From Callorhinchus milii (Eukaryota), in NCBI RefSeq assembly GCF_018977255.1, contig NW_024704742.1, positions 102,426,001 to 102,490,000 on the forward strand: a DNA stretch of 64,000 nt, written 5' to 3'. Positions 36,972 to 50,299 of this stretch are shown here, in pieces (the first letter of the stretch is position 1; each line of letters opens with the position of its first letter). The notes below the pieces were generated by a model. It saw nothing but the letters and a program-made list of their open reading frames with translations, searched no databases and was not told where the DNA came from. A program made the position numbers and the translations under genes.

Positions 36972-37649
36972 TAGTGGACTCTGGCTTGTTGACAATCCAA
37001 ATGCAGCGTTTTGTTTGCAAACAGGAATTCCAGAACCTTAAATTGAACAACTAAAAATAACCACATGTTTACTCTCGGCAATAACTAACCAAAGCCATCC
37101 TGCAACTTCCTGTAGGAAAACCCATCTCCATTGTTTCATTTATGCTGACTGACCTTAAAAGTAAAAGCTACAAAAACAAAAACATCAAGGGTCTGAGCGT
37201 GGGAAATTAGTTTTTTTTTCTGGTGTGTGCACTCTATTCTCTTTATTTACAATATTAAATAAAATATTGTTTTATATATCATCAATATTAGGTGATGTTC
37301 AAATTTGAGAAATGTCAGATATCACAGGGTTAAAAAAAATGTGCCATTTTCACAATAGTGAAAGGAAATCCACTGTTTCATAGCAGTGACCATAATCCAT
37401 TGTTTCATAATGGTAAAAAAAAGTAACATTTCATCATAAGTTCAATGTGATAATTTTCTCATTCTAAATATTCTGAAACGTCACAATTTTTCACCTCTTT
37501 ACCATTTGATGCTAAAAGAGCCCAGGAAATAAGTGACGTATGCACTTTCCCTCAACCACAGGTGAAAGTGACATACTCCTCAGACATTATGGTACCCGTG
37601 CGGGAAATTTCAGCCCTTCCTTCAATCCTTCAAAGTCAAAACAACAATT

Positions 37650-37862
37650 AAAAGAAAAAGCACGAGTGCTGGAAATCCACATTAAAATCGAAACAGAAAT
37701 CCTGGAAATTCACAACAGGTCACTCTGAAAAGAATAATAGGTTACATTTCAGGCTTGACCTTTCATCAGAGCTTTCTTCAGTTTTGACAAAGGGGCACAC
37801 CCAAAACTGTAATTTTTTTTGTCTTTTAGATGTTAGCCCTAGTCCTGCTGTTCATTTCCACC
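37650..37862. mobile_element. Inverted pair of Penelope-like element ends
   Basis: Left arm GTGCTGGAAATC...AAACAGAAATCCTGGAAATTCACAACAGGTCA is reverse-complementary to the Penelope-type end at 53030-53095; right arm is a decayed plus-strand copy. Confidence 0.7.
37740..37773 (-). ncRNA. Putative minimal type I hammerhead ribozyme motif (decayed)
   Basis: Reverse strand AGCT-CTGATGA-A-AGGT-CAA-GCCT-GAAA-TG-TA-ACCT: CUGANGA core, short stem II, GAAA, UH site. Confidence 0.55.
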
Positions 37863-38424
37863 AATGGATTTTAATGCAGAAGTAATGTTGCTTGAATAAT
37901 CGACTGGCAAGATGTGATGAAATTCATCAGGAAGCTTTATTCTGCTTATCAATTGAATTATTCTAAAAGTAACTGGATAAAGACCAGATCAGCAATAACA
38001 CTAAGGGATATTGTGAATGAGTTGGAAGGTACGATTAATAAAAAAAAGTTTAGAAAAACAGGCACGTACATCACTGACACAATAGTCCGAACAGCCCCCT
38101 TTCTCCACTGGAATTGTCTCTGATCTACTGGTAGGTATTTTTTTCCCTTGTCTCCTGAAGGAAGTCTCACACTGGGTTGCAGTTCCGGAGATACCATTGT
38201 TACCCTTTGGTGTTTCTTCCAAATCCCCATTCTTCATGCGTGAATCTGGGCAGCAAGGGCTTGCAGGCTAATATTGCCAGCCAAGCCCAATCCTATACTT
38301 ACACTACTGTGTGCAACTGGCTGTGCTTTTCATCCACACAATGTGTCAAAAGCAAGGAATATTTTTATTACTTATCTCGACAACCACACTTAAGCACTTT
38401 CTAGCAGGTGGCATTGAATTCAGA

Positions 38425-38695
38425 ACTGATGCAGTTAGAATTGAGGTCAGGAAGCTTTTCTTCACATAGAGGGGTGCAAATATGTGGAATACTGTGTCCC
38501 AGAAAGCTGTGAAGGTGGAATCGGAATAATCAAAAGAGAGATATACACATATTTGAGCAGTGGGTGTATTAAGTCGTATGCAAAAAAGCATGGCATTGGG
38601 ATTCAAAAAATTGCCATGATCTACTAAACTGGTAAAACAGGCTTGATGGTTTGGATGGCATTTTCCTGTTCCTGTTTTCCTATATTCTATGAACT
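38425..38695 (+). mobile_element. CR1 3' fragment
   Basis: GTCAGGAAGCTTTTCTTCACATAGAGGGGTGCAAATATGTGGAATAC...GCCATGATCTACTAAACTGGTAAAACAGGCTTGATGG...CTGTTCCT. Confidence 0.75.
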
Positions 38696-38699
38696 GTGA

Positions 38700-38880
38700 T
38701 GAGCAGCACAAAGCTCTGGCTGATTTTTCCCTTCATTAGCACTGTGGACTGAGATCAATTGAGGCATTGACACAGTTGCCCTGACTGAGATCAGATAACT
38801 GAGTGGAGCCCAGGGATCTTCCAAACCTGCATGGACCAGTGCCATAATAGAGGGTGAGCTTACTCGCAGAGCCATTAGCG
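38700..38880 (-). mobile_element. Old SINE family C 5' part
   Basis: CTGGCTGATTTTTCCC...CTGAGATCAATTG...CTGAGATCAGATAACT...TTACTCGCAGAGCCA. Confidence 0.5.
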
Positions 38881-39994
38881 GAATTCAGCTCAGCATTGCA
38901 GAAGCCATCTTCTCTGTCCTGTGTCAGTCTCAGTGATAGAAGCTGAAAAAATCTGGCAAATATTCCAACAGTGCCTAAATCTGTCATTGCCTCATTAAAA
39001 TAACCATTTTCATATGTGTCAAACTTCAAAACATCACGGTGTCTCCCGGGAAGCTTCTAGTACAATCATAGTGGATGCATTGCTGATTGACTGTGAGCTC
39101 TATTGAGATTTGACACCATGCTTCTCACACTAGCAAAATGCAGGCTGCTTTCCAATGAGCAGAAATAGATACAGCCAGGTGCATGGATGGATTCCAGTAA
39201 GAAATTAGGATGTCCTGTACAAAATGCATAGCTGTATAGATTTAGGATATGTATAAGATTCACGCTGACTGAGACTGTCAAGAGGGTTTCACCTACACTT
39301 TGGAGAATGCAGTACCATTGAAAACTCCTCTTGTTCTGAAATAGCACTAAAACTTCAAATAAGCTCACAGCTTCAAATAAGCTCACAGTTTCAGTCCCTG
39401 CAGTTGTTGCAAATTAATTCTTCAATGCCTCTGAATGGCCTTTGTGGTTTTCAGGATCCACCTGCGTTGCCTGTGGTGTGACATCTGCAGACTCACTTCC
39501 TGTCATTTTTACTGCTAAATATTCCTATTGGAATTAGCAGATTGTAAAGTCTAGCAGGACATTTAATGAGAATATTTCTTAGTTTATAACATTAGCACAC
39601 TGTAAAGTCTAGAGAAGTTTTAATCATAAATGTATTATCCTGTTTTGAAAACATCAGAATGCATTCTTCAGCGCAATCAATGTTTTACAACTTGATGCTT
39701 ACACATTTCTTATTAAGCATTCTGTTAAGAAATACTGCAAATTCGATCCTATTATCACTCAACGTGACATGAAAGTAACATTTATTGCGGCATCTAAGTG
39801 GCAAATAGGAATACATTTGTTTGGAGGCTAGATCTAGACTGAAGATTGTATTACTGGTAAGTTCCAGCAGAAGGAATTGAGTTTCAAGATGTGACTGCTG
39901 TCGTAAGAAATCATGAGGAAACACTCTTTACTTCAACAGGACTAGCTCTTCTCCTCCAGTGGCTCAGTGAGTAAATGCAAACACTCACAAGAGG

Positions 39995-40182
39995 ACATGA
40001 TAGCTGTTTTGTCTCCCCTCCTTTGTCAGGGAGACTGAGGCTAATTGTAGCACCTTTCTTCCTGCTGTCCAGATACGATCAGCGAACTCAGTACAGAGCA
40101 GATTTTGAATCTGAGGTATTCTGGGACTGTGCAGATCAGTTTCACACTGCATAGAGCCTTCACCTGATGAACCATGGGGGAA
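39995..40182 (-). mobile_element. Old SINE family C 5' part
   Basis: CTGAGGCTAATTGTAGCACC...GATCAGCGAACTCAGTACAGAG...TTTGAATCTG. Confidence 0.5.
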
Positions 40183-40633
40183 GCTGGTCGTATTGCTTTT
40201 GGATGAAATTGCACTTTGATTGCAAACTGTCACAGAGCTTCTTGGAGCAGCAGAAGGTGACACTTTAACAATCACTGGTGTTCGAAATGCTGAGCTGCAA
40301 GAAATTGGCTGACATCATCATTTCTCCCAAAATAATGGGATGTGATCTAGAGTTACACTGCACCTTTTAATACAAGGGCTTTTGTCACTGAATCTTATTG
40401 ACTGAGTCAGAGAGCACTGTGTCCTTGGGTTGAGATATCAAGTAAGGTCCTGCCCACTGCATCTTTCACTAAACTGGGTTTGAAGGAAGGATCTGATGGC
40501 AGATATTCATTTTGCACCTATTAAGTGCACTAATCAAAACACTCACTCCGACATGTGCCACTAGCACAGAAACCACTTTAACAGGATACTTCAGTAGTCA
40601 ATCTGCTCTGCTTTTGTACTATCACTTCATGTA

Positions 40634-40960
40634 GTGAAGTCCTGTAGCTCAGTGGTTAGAGCACTCGCTTTGCAAGTGAGAGACCTGAGTTCAATTCCAG
40701 GCAGAGGGCCAAACCTTGGGCAAATTTCCTTACTCCACACAGAGCCTAATAATAATCCCTCCAAAAACAAAAACAATAATAAATTGGTCATTTTCAATCT
40801 ACGACTGTTTGTGGGACATTGCTGTGCGCAATTGGCTGCCGCGTTCGCCCACAAATATACAGTCAATTCACTTTACAGTGTGTTCTGTGAAACGCTTTAG
40901 GACGTCCTCCCGACGTGAAAAGCGCTATATCAAATGCAAGGATTATTATTATTATTATTA
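40634..40960 (+). mobile_element. SINE family A, short subtype, young
   Basis: A and B boxes, TTTGCAA anticodon loop, CTCCC tail loop, (ATT)n. Confidence 0.95.
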
Positions 40961-41354
40961 TGTAATTTTGGGCTAGGTTCGCATCCCTCTTTCCATTCAG
41001 GCTAAATTCAGGCACAGTATCCAATTCCACTGACTGACGAAGGATGTTCTATAAAATCAGTTCAGTTCCTGTCCTTGTTACACATAAGATTACAAGTTAC
41101 CAGTTGTCAGTATAATGGTAGAATGTCACACTGGATCCAAATATAAGAAGCAAGGAAGGGACAAAAATACAACATTCTTTAGCAAAAATGGTTAAACAAA
41201 CCTAGAGATTAATGCAGCCTTTTTAAGAGCAACAATGGTGGACTTTGTGTTTGCTCAAGCCAAATTGATAAGCTTCGTAGAAGATCAGCCATCTCCATCC
41301 CTGGTCTTCTATAGTTGGCAACCAAACAGCATGCAGATCTAATACCATTTGAGC

Positions 41355-41770
41355 TGTCAGTCTGGCTCAGGTTTAACACTCTCACCTCTGAGTCAGAAGA
41401 TTGTGGGTTCAAGCCCCACTTTCATCTTGTAGTCTAGTGTAGTGCTGGGAGAGTGATATTTTATCAGAGGTCCTTCAGATGAAACATTAAACCAATATCC
41501 TGTCTGCCTATTCACGTGGATGTTAAAGGTGCTATGACATGACTAGATAAAAGAAGGCTGTTTCTCCCAATACCCTGGTCAACAATCTCCAAAATTTGAA
41601 AATAAATAGATTGTTGAATTTAGCTGAGAGTAGTAGTTCAATGTGTACACATTTAGCTGTTGGGTTTGCCTACAATTGCACAGTCACTACATTTCACAGA
41701 AAACTCTGTGATGCGCATTGAGACATATTTGCATTAAAGGCGGTATATCGAATGCAAACATTATTGTTAA
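41355..41770 (+). mobile_element. Deu-domain SINE (family B), near full length
   Basis: GGCTCAG...CTCACCTCTGAGTCAGAAGATTGTGGGTTCAAGCCCCAC head; GATGAAACATTAAACC...CTGCCTATTCACGTGGATGTTAAAG core; tail GGCGGTATATCGAATGCAA. Confidence 0.75.
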
Positions 41771-42784
41771 TATTGAAATAAAACTGCTTAAATCTGAAGT
41801 AAAATGTTCACCCACTGAAATCACTGTCGCCTATCACATTACTGTTACATGTTTACTTAATGGAACTATGTAAGAAAGTGTAAGGTTGGATGTATTAAGA
41901 ACGAAAGACAGGAGAACATTTCAAATGAGGAAACAGCAAATGTATAGATGAACAAAGGAATTTAAGGTCCAAATACATATATCATTAAAGGTTAGTTCAC
42001 AGTTGCAGAAAGAAATCAAAAAGGTTAATGGGATGCTGCACTTAAAACAAAGAGTTCCTCATTAACAAGAAGGATCTTCCTACCAATGTTGTTTTAGCCA
42101 ATTAAAGATACAGTATGTAAGATGTTTTTAAAAGCAGATTATTACATTATATGCACTAATTTTACCCAAAATAAATCAGCAAATTATAAAACCAAGTACA
42201 TTTTGACACACACCTATAGAGTACTGTATAATGAAATCTTCCCAAAAGAATCAGTGGCGCGTGAGTAAAATATTTAATTAGAAGCAGTGAAATCACTTTC
42301 AGCCTCTTCAATGAGTGACTGTGAAGTGAAGGGCTGTTCAAATGGAAAGGGTCAGCAGAGGCTAACTTGCTATTGTATAGCATTTCACAGACATATTTTG
42401 TAGCTGAAGTCAAACAGCTGGAATTTCGGGCGAAGGAAATTGCTTTCCATTTAGTATTCCATTACTTTTAAGAAAAAAATAATTTGCACGTCGTTTATGT
42501 TAAGACATATTTTTGCTGCCAATTTTCTCCTCTTTCTAAAGCTGGTGATTCCTTTGCTGGAGCACAATCCATAACTACAAGTGGTCCTCCAACACTTCAG
42601 CCAAATGGCCTTTTCTCATGTCTGAATTGACTGTGAGTTTAGGCAAGCTGTACAACCACAGGAAAGAGAGGGGAGGTATCACAGCCTAACCCAAATCACT
42701 CTTCACCTCACACACACCACTAGAAGGGGCTGCTGGAGATGAACTCTGGTTGATTTATCCTCCATAATCCATTATTTAGGACAC

Positions 42785-43026
42785 GACATTGGGATAAACT
42801 CCCTTCTCTTTTGAAGAGTGCTATGGGATCTTTAATGTCCACCTGAACAGGCAGACAGGACCTCAGTTTAATATCATTAAAGGTGCACCTCCAACAATGC
42901 AACACTCTCCCATTACGGTATTGGAATGCTAGACTAGATTATGTGAATTCAAAGTCGCGACGTGGGGTTCGAATCCACAATCTTCTGACTCAGAGACAAG
43001 AGTGCTACCAACTGAGCCAGGCTGAC
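42785..43026 (-). mobile_element. Deu-domain SINE (family B) 5' half
   Basis: Reverse strand GGCTCAGTTGGTAGCACTCTTGTCTCTGAGTCAGAAGATTGTGGATTCGAACCCCAC...CTGCCTGTTCAGGTGGACATTAAAGATCCCATAGCACT. Confidence 0.85.
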
Positions 43027-43577
43027 TAATACAATTGTGGATGCTAAGCTACTGAAGCCAGTGAGATGAATGTGCTGCAAAGGAAGTTTTCTAATGTTTA
43101 TTAATTTCTGATTAAATGTACTTAATGAGATAAAAAGGTTTCACCACAACTTCAGGAAACAGCAATTGGTGCAAATCCTGATTTAAGGCCTGACAGCGAC
43201 TTTGATCAACTGATCATTTCCAGAGCTGTATGTGACCTGCTTATTGGGAGATAGCTGTCTCTGGTGAATACTGTATGTAAATAGTTCAGCTCTTTTAAAA
43301 CCATATGAGCACACTTATATTCACAGCTTCCTTTCAGATGATTGAAAACTGAATAGATTGTGCTTAGACTGCTACACGGTCATAAATGTTCACAAGGTTG
43401 GTCTGGAAGAAGAAGGCTCTTCAGTACAATTAAATCTCATCCTTCAAGAAAACCCATCTTACAAACCCTTCATCAAGCTGCTTTATACATGAATTTAGTG
43501 TCCTGGCTCATGAAGTCCAATATATAAAGGTATGCAGGACAAGAGATAATAGGTAGTTGTGCCAGTGATCACAAGCA

Positions 43578-43889
43578 AGTCCTGTAGCTCAGTGGTTCGA
43601 GCACTCGCCTTGCAAACGAGACACCTGGGTTCAATTCCAGGCAGGGCAAAACTTTGGGCAAGTTTCCTTACTCCACACGCCTAATAATAATCCCTCCAAA
43701 ACAAAACAATAATAAATTGGTCATTTTCAATCCACGACTGTTTGTGGGACATTGATGTGCGCAATTGGCTGCCGCGTTTCACCCACAAATATATGGTCAA
43801 TTCACTTTACAGCATATTCTGTGAAGCATTTTGAGACGTCTAGAAGACATGGAAAGCGCTATATCAAATGCAAGGATTATTATTATTAT
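43578..43889 (+). mobile_element. SINE family A, short subtype
   Basis: Head GTCCTGTAGCTCAGTGG, B box GGTTCAATTCC, TAGAA tail loop, (ATT)n. Confidence 0.93.
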
Positions 43890-44240
43890 GACAGGGACTG
43901 TAACTCAGCAGTTGTGCTTACCCAAGTGAGTTACAATCGTCTACATCAGCATAAAACAATGTAAAGGGTATGTGCGACGAGTAGGAAATTGGGGAAAAAA
44001 GACCATTCAGTCTTTCAAGCTCACTACTTTCACAACTATGCAAAACCTATCCTACCATAGCTTTCCACCCGTCTTATTTTCTCAGACAAAGACATTCATT
44101 CAATTAATCTTTGTTGATTTTGATTCAGCAGAAACAGCAATCCTTTGGACATCAATTCACAAATCCCACTCTCTCTCTGCTGGGAGAACAAAAAAAACTC
44201 CTTTCCAAATGACATTCTTGAACGTTAAACAATTATGAAG

Positions 44241-44526
44241 TAATAATAATCCTTCCATTCAATATAGAACCTTAACACGTCTACGAGACGTCTCAAAGCA
44301 CTTCACAGAATATACTGTAAAGTGAATTGACTGTTATTATGGCAATTATGGCAGCCAATTGCACACAGTAGTGTCCCACAAACCATCATGGATTGAGTGA
44401 TCAAATTATTTTTTTTTGAAGGAAGGAATTATTACCCCCGGAAAAGTGATCTGCCATTCGACGAACAACCGGATTCCTACTTACTGCTAGGTAAACAGGG
44501 GAGTGTGGAGTAAGGAAACTTGCCTA
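44241..44526 (-). mobile_element. SINE family A, long subtype, head missing
   Basis: Contains CCTACTTACTGCTAGGTAAACAG and GTGGAGTAAGGAAACTTGCC on the plus strand. Confidence 0.9.
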
Positions 44527-45334
44527 ATCAATCTGAAATAAAACTCCCAAGTACTCGTTGCCTTCAGCAGGGTTGATTTCAACTTGTCACTCACGTTGAA
44601 TATAAAAACTGCCAAAGTTTGCAAATCCATTAATAGCTAAAATCATGAACCTGAGCTGGAACTGAATCACGCCTGCATTAAATAATTATAACTGACATTC
44701 TTTCGTGGAAGTACAAATTGCGTCTAGCAGGCCATCGCATCACTTTCATCTTAACATGGAGCTACTTTTCAATTACTATGAATACTTTGAAGAGGAGCAA
44801 GAAAGAATTGTTTGTTGAAAGCTGCATTAAAACTTGACCTTGTTTGGTTCCAAAATGTTGCTATCAGCATCAAAGTGCAGTGCAGTACTGAAGTTATTGT
44901 TTCAGAAAAAATGGGATAAGATTTGCTTCAGGCAGTGACAAGAACATAAAACAGAGTCATTTTCTTTTTCACAATCATTGAAGCAGAATCCCTTATCTGT
45001 TTGCTATATACAATTGATCATAAAACTCTTATCTACCACCTACACAAAACTGAACATAAATACAAATGATTTTTTTCCTGCTGAAATGCATTCCAGACTT
45101 CTGACCGGGATTCAAGATAGCATTGAAACATTGTGAGTTTTAAAAAATGCATTTTTAGTAATTTGCAGAGTAGCACAATAGACAGGAATAGCCTTCCAAC
45201 TGTAATGGAGTCCAGAGATTAAGCATCTTTCAACACACCACATGATCATATCATTGTATGGTCAATCCCATTTTGTTATATATTATTGTGTACTTTATCA
45301 CAACGGCACCTTATTCTTATCTTAATATTCTTAA

Positions 45335-46240
45335 TATACTACTTCTCCTCCAGCTGCAACTCCCAGTCCGCTGATGTCCTGTCAGCTTGTTTGATGGACA
45401 TCAAGGCCTGGATGAGTACAAATTTCCTGCAGCTGAATGTCGTCAAGACGGAAGCTATACTCTTTGGCTCTCATCATCGTCTTCTCTCCTGTGGGTCTTA
45501 ACTCCACAACCTTCCTGGGCTCTCCCTCACACTCACCGAACCCGGGTGCAACTTAGGCGACAGGTTTGATCGCCAGCTTTCCTTTCTACCCCACATCTGT
45601 TCCCTGAAGAGGGCTGCTTTTTTTCCACCTCCATCACTTTGCCCACCTCCATCTGTACCTCACAACCGACACAACCGAAACCCTCTTCCACACTTTTGTC
45701 ACTTCCTGGCTGGCTATTCCAATGCCCTCCTCGCTTGTCTCCCCAGCTCCACCATACACAAAATTTAATGAATTCAAAACTCTGCCGCCCAGATATTCAC
45801 CTGTACAAAACTCTGACCCCTACCACACCAGTCCTTGCCGGGCTCCACTGGCTTCCAATTACCAAATGGATCGACTTCAAGATTCTCTCACTCGTTTTCA
45901 AATCCCTTCATTCCCTTGCACCTCCCTACCTATGTGATCTGCTTACCCGCCACTCCACCACCCACTGTCTCTGCTCGGCTGGTCCGGCCTCCTGTTTGTC
46001 CCTCATCTACTGTCAGTTGCCGTGCCTTCAGCCACAAAACTCTGGAACACTCTCCCTCAATCCCTCCACCTTGTCCCCTCCATCCCCACCTTCAAATCTC
46101 ACCTAAAGACCTTCCTTTTTGATTGTGCTTATGGTCACCACCCCTCTCCCTCTCTCCTGGTTTGTTGTCGGACTCCGCCACTGTCATGCACTCCAAGACT
46201 CTACCCCGCATGAACAGCACTATATAAATGCAAGTTGTTT
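45335..46240 (+). mobile_element. L2 LINE 3' fragment
   Basis: CLMDIKAWMSTNFLQLNVVKTEAILFG, LHWLPITKWIDFKIL, TFKSHLKTFLFDCAY; tail GCACTATATAAATGCAAGTTGTT. Confidence 0.9.
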
Positions 46241-47021
46241 TTTTAATATAAATTGAGTTACTACTTTTTCGACTTAAACTTTTTCTACTTTTCCGACGTC
46301 AAACAGCTATACACATGTAAATTTATAGTGTATTGTTTGTATTGTACCTAAATAGTACTCTATCTGGGGAATGAAATGTTCCTTCCTTTGTTTTTTCCTC
46401 TGGTTAAGGTCAACCAGAGCCGTAATGTCTGAATTATCAGAAAGCAGTTCTAAACATTGTGAGTCTGTCCCTCTTATTGATGAAGCTGCCCCTTTTGGGG
46501 TGTTCCCACCAAGAAGAAATCGAAGCTGTGCACACTAGCCAAAACAAAGATGGTCACTATCAGCCTGATCGCTTCCACCACCTCATTGTCTCCCTTATAT
46601 CATTATGAATAATATTATTATTAATATTTTTTGGAATTAGGTTAGTAGGAAGCGTCTCTCCAAGGAGAAAGTGCATGTTACATTCCAACAATCTATCTCT
46701 GGGATTTCCATGTGTAGATGGGATGCATAGAATTCTCAGTTTGGTTTTGATACTCTTAAACATGGTGATGGGTTTCCGCACGTGTCAGACACCCGGCTGA
46801 CCCCCCAAAACATTACCTCCCTTATTGCTTGGTCCTATCACAGCCTGATCAGGAATTACTGGTGTACCTGCCACTTGCCTTATGTACACACCCATGGAAA
46901 ACAAATTTGTTAAATAAAAAAAAGAAATACTTTTCCATTTAATAAATTGTGTATATGTTAACATGTGCCATGAAAGCCATGTTTTTTGCTATTCTGTTCA
47001 ATGTTTCATCTTTTTGTTTCT

Positions 47022-47389
47022 TAATAATAATAATAATCCTTGCATTTGATATAGCACTCTTCATGTCTTCTGGACATCTCTAAGCGCTTTACAGGATATA
47101 TTGTAAAGTGAATTGACTGTTTATTTATGGGCGAAACGCAGTAGCCAATTGCACACAGCAGTGTCCTACAAACAGTCCTGGATTAAGTGACCAAATTATT
47201 GTTGTTTTATTTTTTGTTGTTTTCAAGGATTATATCCCCAGAAAAGCGATCCACTAATCGACTAACAACTGGTTTCTTACTGCTAGATAAACAGAGGTGT
47301 GCGGAGTAAGGAAACATTTCGCCCTGCCGGGAATAGAACCGAGGTCTCTCGATTGCGAGGCGAGTGCTCTAACCATTGAGCTACAGGAC
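47022..47389 (-). mobile_element. SINE family A, long subtype, near full length
   Basis: Head, internal CTCTGTTTATCTAGCAGTAAG...GTTGTTAGTCGATTAGTGGATCGCTTTTCTGGGG segment, tail. Confidence 0.9.
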
Positions 47390-49489
47390 ATTTTATTCTT
47401 AAAATAAAACAAAAGCTGCATGTTTTAACTTTCCTGCTTCTCCTTTTTTGAAGCTCAGCTACTCATTGGATTACCTTAGTGAGGCACATGTGAACTATGT
47501 TTAATGCGAGCTTCACTTCAGTTGGCATACAGTGGCACACGAAAATCAATCATCTGAACTATTTTTGTTCTAGTTCCCGCAAGCTAAGGTAAACACGATG
47601 TAGATGAGTCAAGAGACAGAAAATGAATTACATTAACAAGCTGTTTCAATGGTGTTTTAATATTGTAGCCTCGAACATTGTGACTTTGAATGGGATTCTT
47701 CATTTAAGGAATCTGGGACATACGTCTTGTGGGAACTTTGTCTGACCCGTTCGAATTCTGGAGGGGAATTACCATGAGTCATTATGAAACGTGTGACGTA
47801 CTCCAGTTACTAGAAGGAATCCCCATCCAGATTTTTTAATTGAGGAATCCTATTGGAAATTACAACAATTTTCCACCACACTGTGAGGATATTTTACAGC
47901 TATATTTGGTACTCGGGCTGCCACCAGGCAATATGGGTGTCGGACATGGAAGAAAATCATCCCTCGGCCTTACCTTTGCTGCTTCTAAAACACACAAGGC
48001 TCTCCCCACCTTCGCTTCCAACATGGTCTTATTTCCTATATGAAGCTGTTATTGAAGAAGGATGAGCTGGTGATGGTAGCTAGGACTGGAAGCTGAACCC
48101 AGCAATAATAAGCATAAGTATAAACAGGTGGAAGGATTGTGGGCCCTAAAATAAACAGGCCCTGTTCATCTTTTTGGCAGGGCAGTGAGTCCAGATACAT
48201 CCAACTACTATCCAGAAGATACCCTCCCCCACCATGCCAGGTGGTGAACAGCAGGAAGGAAGCTCAATCTGTATAGAGGAAGTGGAGCAGAATAAGGACC
48301 ATTAGTTGTAATAAGGTTTACTCAAAGCACAAGGAGGAGTGTAGGTTAAAATAAGTGAAATGTAAACTCAAACTGTAGCATTTGCTGCAGACAATGTATC
48401 AAATGACATCAGTTAGCCGTTCTAAATTGGTTGTTTAAACCCTAATCAATAGATGTATTATCCAATGTATTGAGCATTTACAGCATTTTATAAAATAGCT
48501 ACAGAACTGGATTCCCATGTAGAGGAATCAACACTTTGTCTTAGGTAATCCATCCCCACACTTAAGATTTGATTTATTTCAATACTTCAGGGTGCCAATT
48601 CATTCATCTTCAATTCTTTTTCCTTTTGTTTTCACACTTCCTCCTTCTTACCCCTTGACTCGATGGAATCTAGTTGATTGTTTGAAGTCCTGTGATATCA
48701 CCTGTCGTGGTAATAGAGAAGTCTATGCTGATCCACCTGTGAGTGAGTTGCATTGTGAGCCCCTCTCCTCTGTCGAGCATGCTTTGTGTGAGTAGGAGTT
48801 GCCAAGTTGACAATCCCTACTGATGAGAAAAGCAACATCCTAAAGGCTTCTTTTGGATCTTATATTACAGATGCAAAACTTTCTATAGAAGCTTTCATTC
48901 AATGACCTAAAAAGGCTTTAAACAGGGAAGGGAGGGAAAAGGGTGGGGAAAGTAAATTTGTCAAACCTAAGAACTAGCCTCAGTAATTTCACACACATGT
49001 GATATCACTTACATGTGTTATTGTCTCATTGTTAACATTAAGTGTGCTGGCACAACATGCAACCCTTGTTTAACGGATGTCAAGAGTACCAGCTAAATAT
49101 TACAATGAAATGGTTGACTTTACTATGGATCTGAAACCTACCTATGGTCAAATCTGTTGATTTTAACAACATGTATTTATATACCACCTTCACGCAAGAA
49201 ACATTTTAAACTTCTGTCCCATGCAAGTTTGCAGCAGTCACGCAAGAATATACAATCAAAATATATCCACTTTACAGTATATTCTGTGAAGCTCTTTGAG
49301 ATGTCTCAATGCTGTGATAAAGCGCTATATCAAATGCAAGGTTAGTATTGTTATAGTCCAGTCTCATCTTCAAAATATTGTCCTGAAAAGCTAGATTTTT
49401 CCTTGCTCCTGATAAAACTGCTGTTTACTATTCAGGTTTTAGGAACAAAGAAATAGCTTGAAATCTATTTAAAAACATTTGTGAGCTTG

Positions 49490-49755
49490 ATGATCAGTAT
49501 CGGTGTATTCACCTGCAGGGGCCATCACAGCCGAGCCCAGCTTAACCCGATTCTGACATCATGTGATATTCACACACAAGGACCTTACGGTGGGGCTGAT
49601 CTCCTCTCTCTATCCCTAAGCAGGAAAGCCAACTGTAACACTCCAGCTGAGATCAGCAAACTGAGCACAGACTGCGATTTGAACCTACAACTGTTCCATC
49701 TTCATAATGTAATGCTGCACCAGAGCTGTGTCTTGATCCACCAGACGAATGGGGA
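49490..49755 (-). mobile_element. Old SINE family C, degraded
   Basis: CATCACAGCCGAGCCC...GCTGAGATCAGCAAACTGAGCACAGACTGCGATTTGAACC. Confidence 0.55.
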
Positions 49756-50299
49756 GGTTAGAGGAGGAGTTTTGTTATGTTGAAGGAACCAAAATGATCT
49801 TATTTGCGGTTGCTAAATTGATGCTCTATTAATGGGTTAACATAGATCTCTGTTGCAAACTCAGCACACTGTCCTGTGAGAATGGCAGACATGTGATTAA
49901 GATTCCTCACATGTTGAGCACACTGACTGGGAGCGATTCCATGAAAGGGAAGCTGCAAAAAAAAGGAGATGAGCTCCAGTGTGGATAATAAACAACAAAC
50001 AACAAATTGCATTTATATGGGGCCTTTCACATTGAGAGGATGTCCCCAACAAGAGGCACATGGGCGATCATGAAGAGGAGGAATGACATGAAGGGGGGAG
50101 GGGTCACAGAGAGTTTTGAAAAAAAATGTATAGGAAGAAATTCCACCTTTGTTTCAGATTTACTCTAAGTCTGACTTACTGGACTCCGGGACCAAACCTG
50201 AAACCAGACAATTTTCGCGGGCTTGTACTCCTGTAGATCCTCGCCAGCCTATCTCTTCTAGCATGTGCTAATGCTGTGCTGAGCAGCCTCACCATCCCT

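Noticed and set aside
38400..38416. CTCF-like motif CTAGCAGGTGGCATTG
   Set aside because: Single imperfect match at a repeat junction; not supportable without ChIP data.
39353..39388. Exact 18-bp tandem duplication CTTCAAATAAGCTCACAG
   Set aside because: Ordinary slippage duplication.
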